A stretch of DNA of 64,000 nt, taken from positions 1 through 64,000 of the IMG/VR virus record IMGVR_UViG_3300009161_000033. One strand, written 5' to 3'. Both the position numbers and the translations under genes were made by a program. The notes below the pieces were generated by a model that was not told the DNA's origin, did no database searches, and saw only the letters and a program-made list of their open reading frames with translations. Origin of the DNA: a virus. Positions 59,084 through 64,000 of the stretch are shown in pieces (positions within the stretch are counted from its first letter, which is position 1; every line of letters begins with the position of its first letter).

Positions 59084-59992
59084 ATGGCAACAGGAACATA
59101 CGGAACAATAAGACCAGCTGATGTATCACCCGAAGATGTGGACATCATCTTAAACTACACCCCATCAAGAGATGAGACTGATAATTTTGTGTTAACTAAA
59201 TTAGACGCTCCGTCTATTTTAAAACCATATTTTAATAATGCTGATACGGGAGGTAATGCAGGTATTGAAATTTTAGGTGGGTTATACAACTTAAAATTAC
59301 CTGCGGACCAATTTAATAAGATTGGTATCTACACATTATTGATTAGACCTGCTCAAATTAGAACTACGATTTTAGATTGTGGGGTTTTATCGGCATTACC
59401 TAATGTTAGAGGGGTTGTAATTGACTTAAACTCAGTCCCAACACAATATAGAAATAAATTTATTAACCAAGGTTTAGTTGGATTTAGAATTGAATACTTA
59501 AATTCTGACGGGACTAAAATCCCTAACTTTTTTAGATTGATTACCTCATCTTTCTTTTGTGAACCTGTTGTTCAAAATTTAACTAACACATCACAGAAAG
59601 CTATTAGATATAGATATACTGATAATAATACTAATTTAATATTTTGTACCTTATCACCATCTTCGGCACCAACAAATAAACCGAATTCTATTCCGTATAT
59701 TGGTCAACCCGACCAAAGTATTATTATTACAAATACATTCTTCAATCCAATAACATTAGATGTTGAGATTGCAGAACATGACTTCTCAACGTTAGCAATT
59801 GCATTATTTGGTAATCAAACTAAATCAATTGATGATGGTATCTACACATTATACGATAGTCAAAATAACATCTACAAACAATACAACTTGTATGAAATTA
59901 GAGACCAATTTAATGAGTTGTTGTATGAGGTTAGACAAGATAGAGGGGATAATATTGATTTTAGTAAAAACTTTACAAACATTACACAATAA
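59084..59992 (+). CDS. Putative structural protein
   Basis: 302-aa ORF in the coupled structural operon. Confidence 0.6.
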   Translation: MATGTYGTIRPADVSPEDVDIILNYTPSRDETDNFVLTKLDAPSILKPYFNNADTGGNAGIEILGGLYNLKLPADQFNKIGIYTLLIRPAQIRTTILDCGVLSALPNVRGVVIDLNSVPTQYRNKFINQGLVGFRIEYLNSDGTKIPNFFRLITSSFFCEPVVQNLTNTSQKAIRYRYTDNNTNLIFCTLSPSSAPTNKPNSIPYIGQPDQSIIITNTFFNPITLDVEIAEHDFSTLAIALFGNQTKSIDDGIYTLYDSQNNIYKQYNLYEIRDQFNELLYEVRQDRGDNIDFSKNFTNITQ

Positions 59993-62900
59993 TGGCGGTT
60001 AAAAAATATACTTGTCCACCACAATCAGCAACAGGTGCTGGTACATTCTCTGACAACTTAGTTGGACTACAACTTGTTGCGGGAGGAGGTCTTACGCAAG
60101 GAAATTTTAATTTTATAACGTCAACTAATGAAAAAACTAATAGAACTTTTAGTACAGGTACTTTTTCGGACCCTATTAATTTAGATTCATTAGGGATTAA
60201 TAGTATTAATCAATCAAAATCAATTGTTGAGAATAATTTTAAAGTTTACCCTAACTTTGACTTAAGTCAGGTTACTAACTTCACAATGTATGGGTCAATG
60301 AGTAAAAGGATGTCAGCATCTATTACAACAATCATTAGTTATTTCCCTGCAGGTATTGAATCTACATACATGGGGTCTAATTATGTTTCAGGTCCTACTG
60401 CGGTTAATATTGTTTATAATATCACTGATGATGAAACTAGTTTTGATTTAGACGTAACAAGATTACGTAATCCATTTGATGTTGATTTTACAACTAACTC
60501 AACAAGAAATTTACAATTAAAGGAAGTACAAGTTTCACCATTAAGAGACATGACACTTCAATATACAAAATACTCATTATATTTTAAAGGTGACGGGTAT
60601 AACGTCACAGGTATTGTCCCAACTACGGGATTAACTAACGGAACATTAAAAGTATATGTTACTGGAAACCCATTCTCAGGTGAACCCATCACTAATGAAA
60701 ACTTGGTCATTAGACCAAATGACATGGAGGTTAATAAAGTATTTAACGAAGAACTTGATGAGGTTGAAAATTTCTTATTAAACCGAAACGTTACTCCTAA
60801 ATACACATCGGTATTTAAAGTTCCGAGAGAAAATGAGGACGGTACTTATTATATACAAAATTTGAATACCACATGGCCATTATATGGTAGTTGGAATATT
60901 GACATTGTTACTAAAGCGTTCTCAAGTTATTTGACAATTATTAACGATGTAAGTGATTCTTTTGATTTATATAAAACAAATTTAGTTTCTAGATTTTTAA
61001 CAACGGGGGCTTTTAAAGAGTTTGATACTTCGGAACATAAAGTTGAAAAGGTATTACAAGTTTACGGTAAAAGTTTTGATGATATTAAAAAATATATCAC
61101 CGCATTATCATTCATGACCTCGGTTAATTATAATGTTGGTAATGACATACCATCACAATTACTTAAAAATTTGGCACAAACTCTTGGATGGGCCACAAAC
61201 ATTTCACCAATATCTGAAACTGAATTATTAAATTCTGTGTTTGGGGAGAAAAATAGTAACACATCGGTTTACCCTGGAGTATCTCAAGAACAAACACCCG
61301 ACTCATTAAATTACCAATACTATAGAAATTTAATATTAAACTCTGCTTATCTATTTAAATCTAAAGGAACAAGAAAATCTATTGAAATTTTATTAAGATT
61401 GATTGGTGCTCCCGAAGCATTAATTGAATTTAATGAACATGTTTATTTGGCAGACCAAAAAATTAATTTAAATCAATTTAATACTCAATTTGCTCAAATC
61501 TCAGGTGGTACATATGTCCAACAGATACCTATTTTGGATTCTACAGACATATACTCTATCTTTGGTTTACCATATACTGGATTCACAACAACTAGTGATA
61601 TACAAGATGTTAACATCACCATAGATGAATACCCAATGGATAGTTATGGGTTTCCCATGACACCGACTAATTCAGAAAGTTACTTTTTCCAAATGGGTAG
61701 TGGATGGTTTGAACAAACACCACAACACAGAGCTCCTGAACAAGTTGATTTAACAAATAGTATTTTTGTAGGTAATAACCCTAATTATCAAACAGTTTTA
61801 ATGCCATATTCTTATGGTCAAGAATATCTAAATAGATACCGAAAATTCCCATTTATGAATTTAGGTTACCAATTAACAAAAGCGATTGATAATAATAAAA
61901 GTTGGGTTGATAATGAAGTAGGTATTAGAAGTAATCTTGATGGTAATTTTAATGCCAGATATTATACCTCAGATGAACGTTTAGTCTTGAACGTTAAAAA
62001 TGTGGATTTGTTTATGAATCCTGCTCAAGGTATCGCTTATGACATATGGTATATGTCACAACAATATAATTACCCAATACCTAATGAAGGATTAAATTAC
62101 GTTACCCCAACATATTGTGACCCAAAACCGTATTCACCATATCCAAGTATAGGAGGTGTGGATTGGACTGAAATTAACCCACAACCAAAAAGAAAAACTT
62201 TCTTTGAGTTTGCTCAAACGTTTTGGTTGAATACTATCAATGTTAGAAACAGACAATTCTCATCTAACGGAAAGACAGGGGGATACCCAACATTGGAGTC
62301 TATTTTTTGGAGATACTTACAATCAGACGAAACAATCGGGATACCAAATGACAATTTCACATATAAAACTATGATGGAATATGTTAACGGTTTAGGTGAT
62401 TATTGGATTAGATTAATTGAACAAATGGTTCCAGCAACCACTATTTGGAATACAGGTGTTAAACTTGAAAACTCAATTTTTCATAGACAAAAATTTGTTT
62501 GGAGAAGACAAGAGGGTTGTCAATTAATTAAAGTTCCATGTAAACCATGTTCAATAATATCAAATCTATTTGATTATGATTGTCCGTTAGAGTCGGTTGA
62601 ATGTCCTATTTATCCATGGACCAATAACCCAACGATTCAGGATTTTGGAGGTGTGTTAGGTCAATTATTAACTAATTATTTAACCGCTAATAGTTATAGT
62701 TTAAATGATTGTGATTTTAACGGAATGACAACCGAATGGTTTGTTGACTTACAGTTAAATGATTATAGTGTGGTGAGGTATTCATTCTTTAATGGGATTG
62801 GATATAGTAGTCCTATTTATAGTACACCAACAACTTCACAATGGAATTCGGGTCTTTTAATTGCTTTGAACAGTTTAGAAGATAATGGTTATGGTTATTA

Positions 62901-63012
62901 TTTAACAAATACCAACACAGTTATTGTATACAACCAATCATGTTCACAATTAACTAATGGTATTAATTTTAAACTGAATGTTGGAATAAACTTTAAAATC
63001 TTATGTAGTTAA
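59992..63012 (+). CDS. Baseplate wedge-like protein (P2 gpI/T4 gp7-like domain)
   Basis: IP..LLKNLAQTLGW...YRNLILN...LFKSKGTRKSIE.LL..IG signature. Confidence 0.65.
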   Translation: MAVKKYTCPPQSATGAGTFSDNLVGLQLVAGGGLTQGNFNFITSTNEKTNRTFSTGTFSDPINLDSLGINSINQSKSIVENNFKVYPNFDLSQVTNFTMYGSMSKRMSASITTIISYFPAGIESTYMGSNYVSGPTAVNIVYNITDDETSFDLDVTRLRNPFDVDFTTNSTRNLQLKEVQVSPLRDMTLQYTKYSLYFKGDGYNVTGIVPTTGLTNGTLKVYVTGNPFSGEPITNENLVIRPNDMEVNKVFNEELDEVENFLLNRNVTPKYTSVFKVPRENEDGTYYIQNLNTTWPLYGSWNIDIVTKAFSSYLTIINDVSDSFDLYKTNLVSRFLTTGAFKEFDTSEHKVEKVLQVYGKSFDDIKKYITALSFMTSVNYNVGNDIPSQLLKNLAQTLGWATNISPISETELLNSVFGEKNSNTSVYPGVSQEQTPDSLNYQYYRNLILNSAYLFKSKGTRKSIEILLRLIGAPEALIEFNEHVYLADQKINLNQFNTQFAQISGGTYVQQIPILDSTDIYSIFGLPYTGFTTTSDIQDVNITIDEYPMDSYGFPMTPTNSESYFFQMGSGWFEQTPQHRAPEQVDLTNSIFVGNNPNYQTVLMPYSYGQEYLNRYRKFPFMNLGYQLTKAIDNNKSWVDNEVGIRSNLDGNFNARYYTSDERLVLNVKNVDLFMNPAQGIAYDIWYMSQQYNYPIPNEGLNYVTPTYCDPKPYSPYPSIGGVDWTEINPQPKRKTFFEFAQTFWLNTINVRNRQFSSNGKTGGYPTLESIFWRYLQSDETIGIPNDNFTYKTMMEYVNGLGDYWIRLIEQMVPATTIWNTGVKLENSIFHRQKFVWRRQEGCQLIKVPCKPCSIISNLFDYDCPLESVECPIYPWTNNPTIQDFGGVLGQLLTNYLTANSYSLNDCDFNGMTTEWFVDLQLNDYSVVRYSFFNGIGYSSPIYSTPTTSQWNSGLLIALNSLEDNGYGYYLTNTNTVIVYNQSCSQLTNGINFKLNVGINFKILCS

Positions 63013-64000
63013 TGTCTTGTTTATTGACTTATACAAATAGTATAACAGGTGACTGTTTAAATGATTTATCGGGTGCGTTTAGCATTGATATTGCAGGTAG
63101 TGCTCCTGATTACAGTATTGAATGGATTAGTCCTTTTATAGGAACCATCTTTTTGGGACCTGGAGTTAGTAATTATACTCAAACAGGGTTATCAGGTGGG
63201 ACATACTCGTTCAACATCATTGATAGTTGTTCCCCGACAAATACGACATTAGCGGTGAACGTAAATATTTCCACAGGGACTTGTGTGAGTATTACAAGTG
63301 AGACAAATACTGTATGTGGTTTAAATAACGGAGCCTTAACTGCTACTACAACCAACATGTATTCCGAAGCTAAATTTTATTTATATGAATATAGTTCAGG
63401 TTATATAACTTCAGGAACAAGTTTTACAGAATCTTATAGTTTTGGTTCTTTATCAGGAGGAACATATTATGTGATTGCGGATGACGGAGGAGGATGTACG
63501 GGTAAATCTGAGACATGTATTATTAAAGAATCAAGTCCTCTTGAAATTGGTTTATATGTTATTAATGATGCGGGATGTGCCGTTAATTCAGGTGCTATTT
63601 ATATCACAGGATTAACAGGTGTACCACCTTACACTTATTTATGGAGTAACGGTGGAACATTACAATCAATAACGGGTTTAACTGCTGGACCTTATAGTGT
63701 TACTGTTACAGATAGTTCGGGGTGTGCTCAAAGTAGTGGTGTTACAGTTAATACAGTACCCCCCATTGGATTAGGTGCGTTTACTGTTGTAACTCCAAGT
63801 TGTTTCGCTTCTGACGGTGAAGTAACCGTGACAATAACAGGTGGGACTGCTCCGTTTTATTATTCAGGTTCAAATGGAACAGTTGCGGTTAGTTTTGCAA
63901 CTTCTTATACTTTTGTTGGTGTTCCTGCAGGAATGTTTTCAGTACATGTAACTGACTCGGGATTATGTAGTTTTACTTCGTCAACAACTTTATTAACACC
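63012..64000 (+). CDS. SprB-repeat adhesin-like tail fibre protein, 3'-truncated (absent from the ORF track)
   Basis: ATG overlaps the previous stop (TAATG). The frame is open to the window end and encodes MSCLLTYTNSITGDC... with repeats such as G.PPYTYLWSNG.....ITGLTAGPYSVTVTDSSGC and C..SDGEVTVTITGGTAPF.Y. Confidence 0.8.
   Translation, partial: MSCLLTYTNSITGDCLNDLSGAFSIDIAGSAPDYSIEWISPFIGTIFLGPGVSNYTQTGLSGGTYSFNIIDSCSPTNTTLAVNVNISTGTCVSITSETNTVCGLNNGALTATTTNMYSEAKFYLYEYSSGYITSGTSFTESYSFGSLSGGTYYVIADDGGGCTGKSETCIIKESSPLEIGLYVINDAGCAVNSGAIYITGLTGVPPYTYLWSNGGTLQSITGLTAGPYSVTVTDSSGCAQSSGVTVNTVPPIGLGAFTVVTPSCFASDGEVTVTITGGTAPFYYSGSNGTVAVSFATSYTFVGVPAGMFSVHVTDSGLCSFTSSTTLLT

Noticed and set aside
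1903-60806. Numerous 60-115 aa ORFs nested in or antisense to long genes (e.g. 1903-2166, 7388-7885, 18870-19172, 24055-24402, 45277-45567, 58863-59129)
   Set aside because: They overlap well-supported genes, have no recognisable motifs and lack their own expression signals.
1-64000. Eukaryotic giant virus (NCLDV) origin, suggested by PolB, SNF2, eukaryote-like RNR, GT60 and mucin-like repeats
   Set aside because: Contractile sheath, tube, gp25/gp6 wedge, neck, gp32 and UvsX-like genes, operon coupling and intrinsic terminators identify a tailed bacteriophage.
1-64000. Stop-codon reassignment as in some large Bacteroidota phages
   Set aside because: Code 11 gives full-length genes at high density, and TAG (12912, 21620) and TGA (11357, 15538, 50186) end genes at plausible positions. 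No gene appears fragmented.
1-64000. tRNA, tmRNA or rRNA genes
   Set aside because: Intergenic gaps are short and AT-rich, and no cloverleaf or T-loop (GTTCGA) context was found.

Overview
AT-rich, densely coding 64 kb segment of a large (jumbo-type) contractile-tailed dsDNA bacteriophage with distant T4-like core genes. It is not a bacterial chromosome or a eukaryotic giant virus. Left to right: (1) the end of a Pro/Thr-rich, Cys-rich protein, followed by a glycosylation cassette (GT60-like glycosyltransferase, GT-A enzyme, two SAM methyltransferases, HtrL/GT-A fusion); (2) family B DNA polymerase; (3) a minus-strand block with a neck protein, a Mn/Fe-SOD fused to a nuclease-like domain, and a SNF2 helicase; (4) a tail morphogenesis module (head closure, tail terminator, sheath, tube, chaperone with a probable programmed frameshift, tape measure, giant hub proteins); (5) a replication/recombination module (gp32-like SSB, RecA/UvsX, 5'-3' exonuclease, DnaB-like helicase, nrdB, nrdA); (6) baseplate wedge and fibre genes ending in a truncated SprB-repeat protein. 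Lack of Shine-Dalgarno sites and the SprB repeats suggest a Bacteroidota host. The best candidate for an undescribed system is phage-encoded mucin-type O-glycosylation of the virion: a GT60-type enzyme, Thr/Pro-rich acceptor tracts, and a recurrent [ST]-G-x-[TS] motif enriched in structural proteins. Other notable signals are a family of putative head-packaged proteins with [IL]xE leaders (including the SOD fusion), a TATTTAT putative late promoter, an unannotated ribbon-helix-helix repressor with its operator, and a UUU_CGG frameshift site. No tRNA, rRNA, CRISPR array, intron or transposase was recognised. All family assignments come from motif recognition by eye; no database searches were run.
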